Positions 32,543-42,600 of a DNA stretch of 64,000 bases are shown here, one piece after another. The stretch is from the NCBI GenBank assembly GCA_039028615.1, contig JBCCHT010000008.1:160001-224000 (forward strand), in the 5' to 3' direction. The position numbers and the translations under genes were made by a program. The stretch is from Myxococcota bacterium (GTDB taxonomy: Bacteria; Myxococcota_A; Polyangia; Nannocystales; Nannocystaceae). Within the stretch, counting starts at the first letter, position 1; the number at the start of each line of letters is the position of its first letter. The notes beneath the pieces are model-generated. The model saw only the letters and a program-made list of their open reading frames with translations. It did no database searches and was not told the origin of the DNA.

Positions 32543-33555
32543 GCCGCCCCCGCTTCGGCCTGGGCCGGCCGTGCTCGGCCCGCGAAGCCCAGGTAGCTGA
32601 ACACGAGCACCCACAGCGAGGCCGCGACGCCCCACTTGACGGGGACCGGCACCGAAGACGGCGACCAGAAACCCTCGATCAACGCCGCGATGCCCAGCAT
32701 CAGCGCCGCACCCAAGACCAGGCGCGCCAGCGCGGGCGCATGGCTACGCAGCGAGGCCAACCGGGTGGCCCCGCGGGTCTGGACGAGCGCAAAGCCCATG
32801 CGCAGCCCCGCACCTCCGGCGATGACGATGGCCGTCAGCTCGAATGACCCGTGCCCCATGGCAAAGGTGAGCAGGTTTCGCAGCGCCCCGTCTTCGTGCC
32901 ACAGCCAGCCCAAGGTGGCGCCGAGATAGAGCCCGTTGAGTACCAAGAAGAACGCACTCCCCAAGCCGCCCGCAATGCCGGTCGCGAAACAACGGAAGGC
33001 GATGCCCACGTTGTTGTACACGTAAAAGCCGGTCATCATCGTGTCGCTGCTCTGGCTGCGGCCCTGCTCGAACCCCTCGAGATAGGACTGGGCCGTGGCC
33101 TCGAGCTGCTCGGGGGGCAGCACGGTGGTGGCGAGGCTGGGGTCGAGCACGGCGGCGATGAGCACCACCACCATGGGGATCACGAACAGAGCGCAGGCGA
33201 TGGCCATATAGGCCCAGGACTCGCGCACAGTCCGGGGGAAGTCCTGGGCGATGAGCTCCCAGACCGCCCGGAAGCGATAGGGCTCGGCCCGGTACAGCGC
33301 GCCGTGGGTCCGCACCGCGAGGGCATCGAGATAGGCGATGCGATCCTGGGGAAAGCTGGCCCCGCGCACATGCACGAGATCGGCACAGACCTCTCGGTAC
33401 AGCTGCCCGACGCGAGCGATATCGGCCGGGTCGAGCTTGTGCAGCGGACGATCGGCCACGAGCAAGGCCTCGAGCGCGCTCCACGAGCCCCGCCGCTGCT
33501 CGACGAACGCGTCCGGGTCCGCGGGACGCGTGGTGCGATGCTCCGTGGCACTCAC
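32539..33555 (-). CDS. Stage II sporulation protein M (DUF95) family membrane protein
   Basis: NNVGIAF..FA.G, HGSFELTAI and AALIEGF motifs. Confidence 0.85.
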   Translation of the reverse strand: MSATEHRTTRPADPDAFVEQRRGSWSALEALLVADRPLHKLDPADIARVGQLYREVCADLVHVRGASFPQDRIAYLDALAVRTHGALYRAEPYRFRAVWELIAQDFPRTVRESWAYMAIACALFVIPMVVVLIAAVLDPSLATTVLPPEQLEATAQSYLEGFEQGRSQSSDTMMTGFYVYNNVGIAFRCFATGIAGGLGSAFFLVLNGLYLGATLGWLWHEDGALRNLLTFAMGHGSFELTAIVIAGGAGLRMGFALVQTRGATRLASLRSHAPALARLVLGAALMLGIAALIEGFWSPSSVPVPVKWGVAASLWVLVFSYLGFAGRARPAQAEAGAA

Positions 33556-34334
33556 GATTGAACGTCCGTCGCAGCCGCAGAGGCGCCGACCGGCTGGGTC
33601 GCGCGGTGATGGACCAGGGCCAGGAAGCGGCCGGGATCTCGATAGCGAACGCCGAGACGCTCGGCGATGCGCGGGGCGAGCAGCTCGGCCAGCTCTTCCT
33701 CGCGGGCCGGGGCCAGCGTGTTGCGACGGGGCACGAAGCGCTCGAGGGCCCGCCGCTCGTCGGCCTGCAGCGGCACCCGGTGGGGCAGCGTGGCCAGCTC
33801 GTCGGCGGTGGGCGGCACCTCGTCGGCCTGTCCTCGCAGCAGTCGGGCTCGATTTTCGTGGATGACCACCGTGCCCGCGACCATGTCTCCGAGCCGCCGA
33901 AAGCGAGGATCGATGCTGGAGCACACGATGCCCACGCAGCCACCCACGGGCAGCCAGTCCGCCGCCCGCAGCAGATTGCGCAGCACCGAGTCGACAAAGC
34001 CCATGGGGAAGCCGCCCTCTTTGACGGTACGCAGGGCCAGCACGCGCTTGCCCGGGGTCTGGCCGCTCCACATGCTCTCGAGCAACACGTAGTAGCCCCA
34101 CTCGACCACGAAGATCACGATGAGGGCCATGCCCGTGGACTGCTCGTTGAACGCGCTGCTGCCCTCGGCCATCGAGATGAGCACGAGCAGCATGAGCACG
34201 ATGAAGCCGCGAATCAGCCCGTCGATGGCATAGGCGAGACCGCGCCGCCACGGCCCCGCCAGCCGCAGCCGCAGCGTGACGTGCTCGGGGGTCTCGATGC
34301 TGACGGTGGTGTCGAGGGGCTCACGCATGGACAA
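33552..34334 (-). CDS. RDD family protein
   Basis: TPE.V.L...LAG...R..AY.ID, GQTPGK and RLGDMVAGT motifs. Confidence 0.88.
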   Translation of the reverse strand: MSMREPLDTTVSIETPEHVTLRLRLAGPWRRGLAYAIDGLIRGFIVLMLLVLISMAEGSSAFNEQSTGMALIVIFVVEWGYYVLLESMWSGQTPGKRVLALRTVKEGGFPMGFVDSVLRNLLRAADWLPVGGCVGIVCSSIDPRFRRLGDMVAGTVVIHENRARLLRGQADEVPPTADELATLPHRVPLQADERRALERFVPRRNTLAPAREEELAELLAPRIAERLGVRYRDPGRFLALVHHRATQPVGASAAATDVQS

Positions 34335-34346
34335 CCGGCGGGCCCG

Positions 34347-34874
34347 CTACTCGGTGGGCGACCAACCGGCCATCACGACCTTGGTGTTGGCCATGCGGTC
34401 GTGCAAGCAGCGTTGCTCGGAGCCGAAGATCCACAGCACGTTGACCAACGAGATGAGCGGACCCACCGCGGGAATGACCGCCAACAACGAAAAGGGCAGG
34501 TAGCGCAGGGCGAACAGGTGGCCGGCCGAGGGCGGCTCGTTGCTGTTGACGTCGACCATCCGCAGCCCCAACGCCCGCTTGCCCACCGTCTGGCCCGACT
34601 GAAGGAAGTACCACTGCACCGCTGCGAACACGACCAGGCCGATGAGCGAGGTGATGATCGTATTGATGAAGTCCGGCTCCGGGTTGTCGAAGTCCAGCAA
34701 CCCCAAGGCGATGAGGATGGCGAAGTTGGGGATCGTCAGCGCGAAGCCATCGATGATGGCCGCGCCCAAGCGAGAACCACGGCTGGCCAGCGGCGGCTCG
34801 AGGCCATCGCCATGAAAGGACGGCTGGTTCGTTTGATCTTCGACCGGAGCTTGGTAGGGGTTGATATCGTTCAT
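34347..34874 (-). CDS. RDD family protein
   Basis: NPY.AP, LASRGSRLGAAIID, GQTVGK and RCLHDRMANTKV motifs. Confidence 0.88.
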   Translation of the reverse strand: MNDINPYQAPVEDQTNQPSFHGDGLEPPLASRGSRLGAAIIDGFALTIPNFAILIALGLLDFDNPEPDFINTIITSLIGLVVFAAVQWYFLQSGQTVGKRALGLRMVDVNSNEPPSAGHLFALRYLPFSLLAVIPAVGPLISLVNVLWIFGSEQRCLHDRMANTKVVMAGWSPTE

Positions 34875-35027
34875 GGTGGGGCTGCCCGTCTACTAGTGCA
34901 CCACCCCCTTCATTTCAGACAAAGCACTCCGAGTTTTCCAAAATGGGACATTCGTTCGGGTCACGTCGGCGGCCCGGCGCCCACCGGACGGCCAGCCGCA
35001 ACGGCTAAAACGGCCCTGGACGCCCCT

Positions 35028-36266
35028 CTACTGCTTCTGCACGGCGATTGCCGAGGCCCCGCCCAGCACGTGCAGGAACTGGTTGAAGTGGCCGCGCTCG
35101 GAAACGCGAGCCGCCTTGCGCAGCACCTCCTGCACCGATCGCGGCTCCCGACGCTGCAGCCATCGCAGCAGCCACCGCGCCCCACGAGTGTCGGGCAGCT
35201 CGAACGAGTACCCATTGGCCGCGACGATGAGCGCGTCACCGGCCTCCGCTCGCTCGAGCCACAGGTCGGGCTGCGGCGCGATGACGTCGGCGGCGGCGAG
35301 CTTTCGAAACGCCCAGGGTGCCGGCAGCACTCCGCCCGCGGTCCGAACCCGCAGCCAGTGATGCAGCTGATCGCGATGCAACGCACCCGATGCCAAGACC
35401 TCTGCGAGCCGATCGAGCGGTGCGGTGAGCTCGGGCGGCGCCTGCTGTCCGTCGGCATCGGCGGGCAAGGCCATGGTCGGCGGCACGCCCATCCCCGAGA
35501 CGGTGCGCTCGAGATGCGTCGCCAAGGTTCGATGCATGATGCCGATGCTGAACGACGCCCCCAGCCCCCCGTCGGCCGTCGCCACATGCCAGGCGTTCCG
35601 CGGCCAGTAGGCGAGATCGCGGGTGCCCAGGGTGAGCGTCTCGGCGTCGTGCTGGTACTCGGTGGCCTCGGCCGCGGCGCGGGTCCGCAGGGTGGGCACG
35701 CCGGGCCGCGGAAAGTAGTCGTCGTCCCACACCAGCATCTGCTTGTGGCCCTTGACCGCGAACGCCATGGTGTCGGTGAAGTCGCGGTGGATCCCGCCCG
35801 GCGTAGCCCCGTAGTTGCCCAAGAACAGCGCGGTGTCGGTGGTGCACACGGGTAAGCCGACGCGCCCGTAAAACCCCCGCAAGAAGGTTCGGACCCGGCG
35901 CCACGCCCCGACGTGATGCCGGGTCAGATCGTTGAAGATGACACCGTGCGGCCGCCCCTCGCTGAGTCGATCGAGCCGCCGCGCGTAGCCGGCCAGGCTG
36001 CGATCGGAGGCGCGGGGCATGAACAGCCCCAGCTCCTTACCCGACTCGAGCTGCCGATCGTCGACATAAAAGCGCGCCCGAAACTGGTCGGGCCGCTTGG
36101 CGCCCTGCACCAGCGCATCGAAGGCCTCCTTGGCCGTCAGCATCGGGCGCGTCAGCGGAGTTCGCATGACGCCGGGGCGCTGCGACCAGAGCCGATCGAC
36201 GAAGTCCGACCAGAAGGGCTCGAGGGCTAGCGATTCCACGCGTTCTTTTCTTCGGGAGGTGGCCAT
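35028..36266 (-). CDS. JmjC/cupin Fe(II)/2OG oxygenase (RiPP cluster)
   Basis: F.GNY..TP.GIHRD, G.K and YWP..AWHVA motifs. Start at MATSRR, or at the GTG at 36239. Confidence 0.8.
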   Translation of the reverse strand: MATSRRKERVESLALEPFWSDFVDRLWSQRPGVMRTPLTRPMLTAKEAFDALVQGAKRPDQFRARFYVDDRQLESGKELGLFMPRASDRSLAGYARRLDRLSEGRPHGVIFNDLTRHHVGAWRRVRTFLRGFYGRVGLPVCTTDTALFLGNYGATPGGIHRDFTDTMAFAVKGHKQMLVWDDDYFPRPGVPTLRTRAAAEATEYQHDAETLTLGTRDLAYWPRNAWHVATADGGLGASFSIGIMHRTLATHLERTVSGMGVPPTMALPADADGQQAPPELTAPLDRLAEVLASGALHRDQLHHWLRVRTAGGVLPAPWAFRKLAAADVIAPQPDLWLERAEAGDALIVAANGYSFELPDTRGARWLLRWLQRREPRSVQEVLRKAARVSERGHFNQFLHVLGGASAIAVQKQ

Positions 36267-37327
36267 GTTCGTCCGTGGGCGGCGTAGAACTCTTCGTACT
36301 CGCGGTATCGGCCCATGCCGGCCACCGCCTCGAAGGCGGACAGGCGCGTGCAGCCGTAGGGGGCCTGCACCGCGTCGGGACACAGGGTGGCGAACGCCTC
36401 GCGGAGCAGACCTTCGAGCTTCCAGTAGCGCTTGGCGGGTGTCTCGTAGCTCCGGTAAAAGGCCCGGCGAATGCGGTGGAACTGCTTTTCGGCCGCCTCG
36501 TCGATGAGCGACTCGTGGGCGAAGCGTGAGCCCACCGCCTGGCCGTAGGGGCCCAAGTGCAGGTTGTCGCCGAGAAACTTCGCGTAGCGATTGCGACCGA
36601 AGCGAACGTTCACCGACAAGCTCGTGGTGACGTACTCGATGTGGTGCCACCAGGCGGGCGGGATGTAGACCGCCTCGCCCGGCTCGAGGAAGAAATCGTA
36701 GCCGCCGACGAAGCGAACGAACTCGGCCCGGTCGCGCTCGCTGAAGTCACCGAACTGGATGAAGCTCTGGTTCTTCATCGGCAGCATGCGCAGCGACTGC
36801 GAGGGCGGCACCAGCAGGATGCGCTTGCGACCGAAGACCTGGTAGAGGATGACGTGGCGTAGATCGCCGTCGTAGTGCATGTGGGCGTAGTTGCCCTCGC
36901 CCGCGCCGAAGATCATCGACAGGACCTCGTCCTCGCCCGGCGGCATGCGAGCGTACGCGGGCAGCGTGAACAGGTCGCGCAGCATGCCCGGCGTGTCGAG
37001 CTCGCTGCACAGCAGATCGGTGGCCGGGTTTCGCTCGAGGCGTCGCAAGTAGGCGCCGAGCTTCGATGGTTTGGGGGCGACCGGGGGCGGCGGCGGCGTG
37101 CCCCGCTGGTAGGCCCTAAACATCCCGCGCGAGGCCTCGGGCTTGATCTGCACGGGCAGCGACGCGAGCCTGCGCTCGGCCTTCGCCCGCGTGTCGATGC
37201 GGCGGATCGGGTCGCCCGTGTAGAGGTTGGTCAAGATCACGGGGCGCTGCGTCGCCAGGTAGCGGCGTCGCATCTGGCCCGGGCTCGGCGCCTCGATCCG
37301 GCGAATGCGTCGGTTGGCGTTCATCAT
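36227..37327 (-). CDS. JmjC (cupin_8, FIH-like) Fe(II)/2OG oxygenase (RiPP cluster)
   Basis: RPVIL, HMHYD, QVFGRKR and LEPGEAVYIP..WWHH motifs; ATG 1 nt after the rSAM stop. Confidence 0.85.
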   Translation of the reverse strand: MMNANRRIRRIEAPSPGQMRRRYLATQRPVILTNLYTGDPIRRIDTRAKAERRLASLPVQIKPEASRGMFRAYQRGTPPPPPVAPKPSKLGAYLRRLERNPATDLLCSELDTPGMLRDLFTLPAYARMPPGEDEVLSMIFGAGEGNYAHMHYDGDLRHVILYQVFGRKRILLVPPSQSLRMLPMKNQSFIQFGDFSERDRAEFVRFVGGYDFFLEPGEAVYIPPAWWHHIEYVTTSLSVNVRFGRNRYAKFLGDNLHLGPYGQAVGSRFAHESLIDEAAEKQFHRIRRAFYRSYETPAKRYWKLEGLLREAFATLCPDAVQAPYGCTRLSAFEAVAGMGRYREYEEFYAAHGRTWPPPEEKNAWNR

Positions 37328-37328
37328 C

Positions 37329-39062
37329 TCAAGCGGGGATCGCCTCGGCGCCGAGCTGCACGTGCCATGGCTGGGCCGCACGCCTTCCTGGGACCTCGAG
37401 GTCGTGCTCGAAGCGGAAGCGGTGCTCGGGGCGACTTTCGTCGGCCACGTGCGCGTGTAGGCTCGTGAGCGTGTGCCAGTGCTCGGGCTGGTCTCGCAGG
37501 CTCTCGACCACGCGGTACTCGATGGCGTCGCGCACCACGGCGGCCGCCTCGGGATCGGGCGCCCGCGCCTGGGCCCAAGCCGACAGCGCCCGACCGAAGC
37601 GCGCCACGTTCGTCATCAGGGCATGGTCGTCGAGGGCGTCGAAGAACGAGGCGGTGAAGATCTCGGTGAAGAACGCCCCGCCCGGCCGCACCTGGTACGT
37701 ATCGAAGAGCCGAGAGATCACGGGATACATCTGCTCGATGAGCATGGAGACCAGGTGGGCGCGCAGCATGTCGGCCGGGCTGAACTGCGGCGTCTGGCGG
37801 GTCACATGCGGGCTCACGTCGTCGTAGCGAAGGCCGAGCTCCTTCGCGGTGGCCCGGAACTCGGTGCCGGGCAAGACCTGCAGCGGCTGCAGAGCCATGG
37901 GCGCGCCGGGCTGGACGCCCTGGATGTAGTCGATGCCCTCGAGAAAGTCCTGCAGGGTGTCGCCGGGCAGCCCGTAGATGAGGTCCCAGCGCAGGTTGGG
38001 GTTCTCGCCCAGCTTACGGATGTTGCCTTCGAGCCGCTGCAGGCTAGTGGGGCGACCGATGGTCTTGAGGGTCTGGCGGTTGACGCTCTGCAGCCCCACG
38101 CCGAAGTGCAGGCGCCCCTGGCGGAACAGCTCGCGGCACTGGTCGGCCACCAGGTCGGGCAACATGTCGAGCTTGATCTCCGTATGAAGGTTTCCGTCGG
38201 TGAACTCTTCGAGGAAGAACCGGAAGATCTCGAAGGCTCGCTCCTTCCGCACGGTGAGGATCCCATCGGCAAAGTAGACCGACTTGATCCCCAGATCGCG
38301 CACATGAGCGAGTTCCTGCAACACTCGATCGATGTCGAAGTATCGCATTCTTCCCCCGTCGTTCTTGGGGTACTGGCAAAAGGCACAATTGACCGGACAA
38401 CCGCGAGAGGTCTCGACGATCACCGAAGGCCGCCCCTCGCGATGAAAGCGAGTCAGCAGCTCTTGTACGGTTGCCCCCAAGATCGGTGACGGGATTTCGT
38501 CGAGATTCTCGATATAGTCGCGGCGCTTGCCGCGGACGATCTCGTCCCCATTCCGAAAGGCGATGAAAGGGACACCGTGAAACCCAGCCTCGCCCGCGAG
38601 GGTCAGGCCGGTCGACGGCGCGAGGCCGAGCCACGCGAGCAAGAAGCGGCGAAACGCCTGCTCGCCTTCGCCATCGATCACGTAGTCGAGCTGCGAGTGC
38701 TGCGACAGCAGGCTCTCGCTCTCCCCGTAGGTATCGGGGCCGCCGGCCACGATGGTGAGCTCCGGGCGTAGCTTCTTGCAGACCGCCGCCACCGCCAGCA
38801 AGAAGCCCGCGTTCCAGCAGTAGAGCGATAGGCCCACGATCGTGGGCGATTGCGCGATGATCTGCCGAGCCGTGTCGATGCACGCGCGCGCGTGCGCCTG
38901 GCGATCGCGGTGGGTGACGGCGAGCACCGGGTGATGGATGAACTCGCAGCGCTCGGCCACGCGCTCGTCGAGGCACGCGTAGTTGCGCAGCAACCGGAAG
39001 GGGGTCGACGAAGCCTCGAAGCTCGGCCCCTGGCTCACGAACACGATGCGTACTGGGTCCAT
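37329..39062 (-). CDS. B12-binding radical SAM enzyme (class B methyltransferase-like)
   Basis: Cobalamin-domain motifs VGLSLYCWN, AGGP and GEGE; ETSRGCPVNCAFC (CxxxCxxC); DLIYGLPG. Confidence 0.9.
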   Translation of the reverse strand: MDPVRIVFVSQGPSFEASSTPFRLLRNYACLDERVAERCEFIHHPVLAVTHRDRQAHARACIDTARQIIAQSPTIVGLSLYCWNAGFLLAVAAVCKKLRPELTIVAGGPDTYGESESLLSQHSQLDYVIDGEGEQAFRRFLLAWLGLAPSTGLTLAGEAGFHGVPFIAFRNGDEIVRGKRRDYIENLDEIPSPILGATVQELLTRFHREGRPSVIVETSRGCPVNCAFCQYPKNDGGRMRYFDIDRVLQELAHVRDLGIKSVYFADGILTVRKERAFEIFRFFLEEFTDGNLHTEIKLDMLPDLVADQCRELFRQGRLHFGVGLQSVNRQTLKTIGRPTSLQRLEGNIRKLGENPNLRWDLIYGLPGDTLQDFLEGIDYIQGVQPGAPMALQPLQVLPGTEFRATAKELGLRYDDVSPHVTRQTPQFSPADMLRAHLVSMLIEQMYPVISRLFDTYQVRPGGAFFTEIFTASFFDALDDHALMTNVARFGRALSAWAQARAPDPEAAAVVRDAIEYRVVESLRDQPEHWHTLTSLHAHVADESRPEHRFRFEHDLEVPGRRAAQPWHVQLGAEAIPA

Positions 39063-39093
39063 CCGCGGCACTTCAGAGCACAAAGAGAAGGGT

Positions 39094-39115
39094 GCCAGCC
39101 CCCCGGGGGGCTGGC
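39094..39115. repeat. Perfect 22-bp palindrome upstream of rSAM gene
   Basis: GCCAGCCCCCCGGGGGGCTGGC is self-complementary. Confidence 0.7.
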
Positions 39116-39252
39116 CGAGCCATGATCTTCACGCTGGGCGCAAGCGACCATGGCGACATCGCGAAACCGCGAGGTCGATGCATGCGGTGGCAATTGCCTT
39201 CAACCCTGGAGGCTGGGCGGCGCCCCACCACGTTGCGTTGATGTAGACGTCA

Positions 39253-39280
39253 CACTCGGGGTGTCGGCCCTCCCCGAATG
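39253..39280 (-). terminator. Stem-loop just 3' of precursor gene (attenuator or mRNA stabiliser)
   Basis: Minus-strand CATTCGGGG-N10-CCCCGAGTG, 6 nt after the stop; no U-tract. Confidence 0.5.
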
Positions 39281-39286
39281 ACTCGC

Positions 39287-39457
39287 TCAGGCGTTCGTGA
39301 AACGGGTGGTAAACCCACCGATCAGCGTCAGCTCGAAGCTGCAGCGGTAGTAGCCGCCGGTCACCTCGAGCAACTGATCCTCGTCGAGCTCCTCGGTCTG
39401 CTGAGTCACGACCTTCTTCTTGACGACGAGCTTCTTCTGTTTGTTCTTCTTTTCCAT
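39287..39457 (-). CDS. RiPP precursor peptide with double-glycine leader (56 aa)
   Basis: Hand translation: MEKKNKQKKLVVKKKVVTQQTEELDEDQLLEVTGG-YYRCSFELTLIGGFTTRFTNA*. AGGA RBS, EL.E.QL..V.GG motif and S/T-rich core; lies between lanB and the rSAM gene. Confidence 0.9.
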   Translation of the reverse strand: MEKKNKQKKLVVKKKVVTQQTEELDEDQLLEVTGGYYRCSFELTLIGGFTTRFTNA

Positions 39458-39659
39458 CTGTTGTCCTACTGTATTTCCCGAGCTCGGTCTTCGAGCCCGA
39501 GCTGTGGAACTACATTAAAGCAGTCCCGTCGTGTCCTTGTTATGGACAGTTTGGAATGTACTTAACAGGAAAACCTGGTTCAAGTAGAAATTCGTGGAAT
39601 CGGACACATCCGGGTGTTAGTCTTCCCGCCTACCCCACGTTATTCTCGAAGTACTCGTA

Positions 39660-42600
39660 ATGACAGAGTCTTTCGTCTTCCGACGGCCAATTCTCCCGCT
39701 GAGTGCCCTCATCGACGCCGGAGCTTGTCAGTCGTCAACTAAGCAAAACGAGCACCTTTCCGAGCGTATCGACAGTGAGTGGCACTATCTGCGTAATTTG
39801 GTGACGGCACCATTGCTGCAACAAGCGCTGCACATTGCCAGCCCCAATGCGCTCCAAGCCCTCGGTGAAGAGTCGAGCGACCGGAAGCAACAGAAGAAGA
39901 TCGAACGCACACTTGCGCGCTATCTGTCGCGTATGACGTGGCGATGCGAACCCTTTGGGCTATTCGCAGGCATCGGCACTGGCACAATTAGCGAACGCAC
40001 CAATCTACACCCGGGCAAAGATCTCCGCCTTCGCCGCCATACCCGGCTCGACACCGGGCTGGTCGCCGATGTCGCCGCGCGCCTGCAGTCCCACCCGGAT
40101 GTGCTCCGAACCCTACGCTACTTCCCGAATTCGAGCGTATTTCGGGTCGCCGAGGGCGTGCGACACCTCGCCGCGCGCCCGACTTCGCGCGGGCGCACCT
40201 TCGATCTCGTCGCGCTCGAGTCTTCTGCGCCCATCGTGGCTGCGCTGGACTTCTGCCGACGAGGTGTGCCCTTTGCCGCCGTGGCAGACTATGTGGCCAC
40301 CGAGTTCGAGGCCGAGCACGAAGAAGCGATCGAGTTCGTGGAATCGCTCATCGAGAGTCAGACTCTGGTGAGTGAACTCGAGATCACCCTGACCGGAATC
40401 GAGCCCACACTGGCGCTGTGCGCGGCGCTGACCGAGCACGAAATCCCGGTGGCCGCCGCCGTCTGCGAGCACCTTCGCGCGATTCATGATGCGATCGAGT
40501 CCATCGATGGCACTGCGGTCGAACGCATCACGCTCGATGCTCAGCGCACGCTCGAGCACCGTGTCCGTGAGCTGGCCGGGCCCGACTACTCGGGGCCGCT
40601 GCTTCAGGTCGATCTGCACTTCGAAGGCGCCACGCCCACGCTGGGGCGCGACGTCGTGCGACAGCTTCGACGAGTCGCCGAAGTCCTGCCGTGGTTCGGT
40701 ACGCGCCAGCGCGGGGCCGAGGCGTTCGCGACTCGCTTCATCGAGCGCTACGGCTACGCCGAGGTGCCCCTGTTGGAAGCCGCGGACGAAGACTTCGGCA
40801 TCGGGGTCGCCACGTCGCAGCGCTCCTTGTCTCCGCTGCTCGGCGGCATCGTGTTTCCCATCGCCCTGGCCGTGGACCAGCCCAGCACCTGGGCCCCGCG
40901 TCACGAGTTCCTGCTCGAGCGCCTCAGCGGGGCGCTCCGCCGCGGCGAACGGGAGATCACCATCACCGCCGAAGACGTCGAGGCGCTGAGCGAGGTCGAG
41001 GACGCTCCCCTGCCGCTGCCGTCGGCGCTGTCGGTGCGGGCCACCGTAGTGGGGTCTGCGTCGCAGGTCGAGTCGGGTAAGGCGCGGGTGCTCGTGCGCG
41101 GCGTCGAGGGGCCCTCGGGAGCGCGGTTGTTGGGCCGCTTCGCCCACGGGGACCCCAAGCTCGCCGACGAGGTTCGCGAGCATCTGCGGGCCGAAGAACG
41201 ACTCGATCCCGAGGCCATCTTCGCCGAGATCGTGCACCTGCCCGAGGGACGCCAGGGCAACGTGTTGCTCCGCCCCGTGCTGCGCGAGCACGAGATCCCC
41301 TACATGGCCCGCAGCGGAGCGCCGCTCGACAAGCAGATCCCGCTCGACGATCTCATGGTGTCCGTCTCGGGCAACTCCGTGGTGCTGCGCTCGCGTCGGC
41401 TCGGCAAGCGCATCGTGCCGCGGTTGTCGACGGCCCACAACTACGACAACCTGCGGGCGCTTCCGCTGTATCGCTTGCTGGCCGCGATCCAAGACCAAGG
41501 CTGCGAACCCCGGGTCAAGTTCGAGTGGGGCCCGCTCGAGAACTCGGAATTCCTGCCGCGAGTGGTGTACGAGCGGGCGATCCTCAAGCCGATGACGTGG
41601 CGAGTCTCGGGTCATCGGCTCTCGCAGTGGGCCGCGCTCGAGGGGCAGGCCCTGGCCGATCACACCGCCGCGCTTCGCAAGGAGCTGGGGCTTCCTCGCT
41701 GGGTCATCTTGGCCTCGGATGTCGACGATCCGCTCGCGGTCGATCTCGAAAGCCCGATCATGCGCGAGTCGTTGGCTCAGATCCTTCGGCGGCGCACCTG
41801 GGCTCGCTTCACCGAGATGCTGCCCGGCCCCGACGAGCTGTGCTCCGATGGCCATGTGCACGAAGTCGTCGTGCCCTTGGTGCGCGACACTCCGCCCCGC
41901 GAGGTGCCTCGGGTCGAGCCGGTCGAGTCGAAGCTCCGCTACTACCCGCCGGGCAGCGAGTGGCTCTACGCGCGGCTCGTCGCCGGCCGCGGGTTGCTCG
42001 ACGACGTGCTGCTCGAGTTTCTGCCCGTGGTCTCGCAGGTGTTGGGCCAGCAGCAGGCCGACCGCTGGTTCTTCGTGCGCTACAACGACCCCTCGTGGCA
42101 CCTACGGCTGCGCCTGCACGGCGAGCCCACCCGGCTGTGGAACGAGGCCCGGCCCCGCCTCGACGAGGTCGCCGCGCGGCTCGTGGCCAACGGCACGCTC
42201 AGCGACTTCGAGTACTGCACCTACGACCGCGAGCTCGAGCGCTACGGCGGCGACGCCACCACGGAGATCTGCGAGCACATCTTCAACGTCGACAGCACCG
42301 CCATGGCGCGCATCGTGGCGCACGTGAACGACAGCGGGCAGGCCGACCTTCGTTGGCACGCGGGGCTCGTGGCCACCGATCGCATGCTCGACGACCTCGG
42401 CTTCGACCGGGCGGGCAAGATCGCGGTGCTCCAGCCGCTGCGGGACCTCATGGCCAGGGAGTTCCAGCTCGAAGGCGCGCGGGGCCGCTCGCTGAGCAAG
42501 AAGTACCGGAAGCTGCGCGGCACCGTCGAAGCCCTCGTCCAAGACCGCAACCACTCCGCCGCGCTGGCGCCGATCCACCAGATCCTCGACCAGCGCTCTG

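Noticed and set aside
39278..39565. 95-aa plus-strand ORF with a Leu-rich stretch in the lanB upstream region
   Set aside because: It is the antisense shadow of the precursor gene; the Leu/Phe run is the complement of its Lys/Glu codons.
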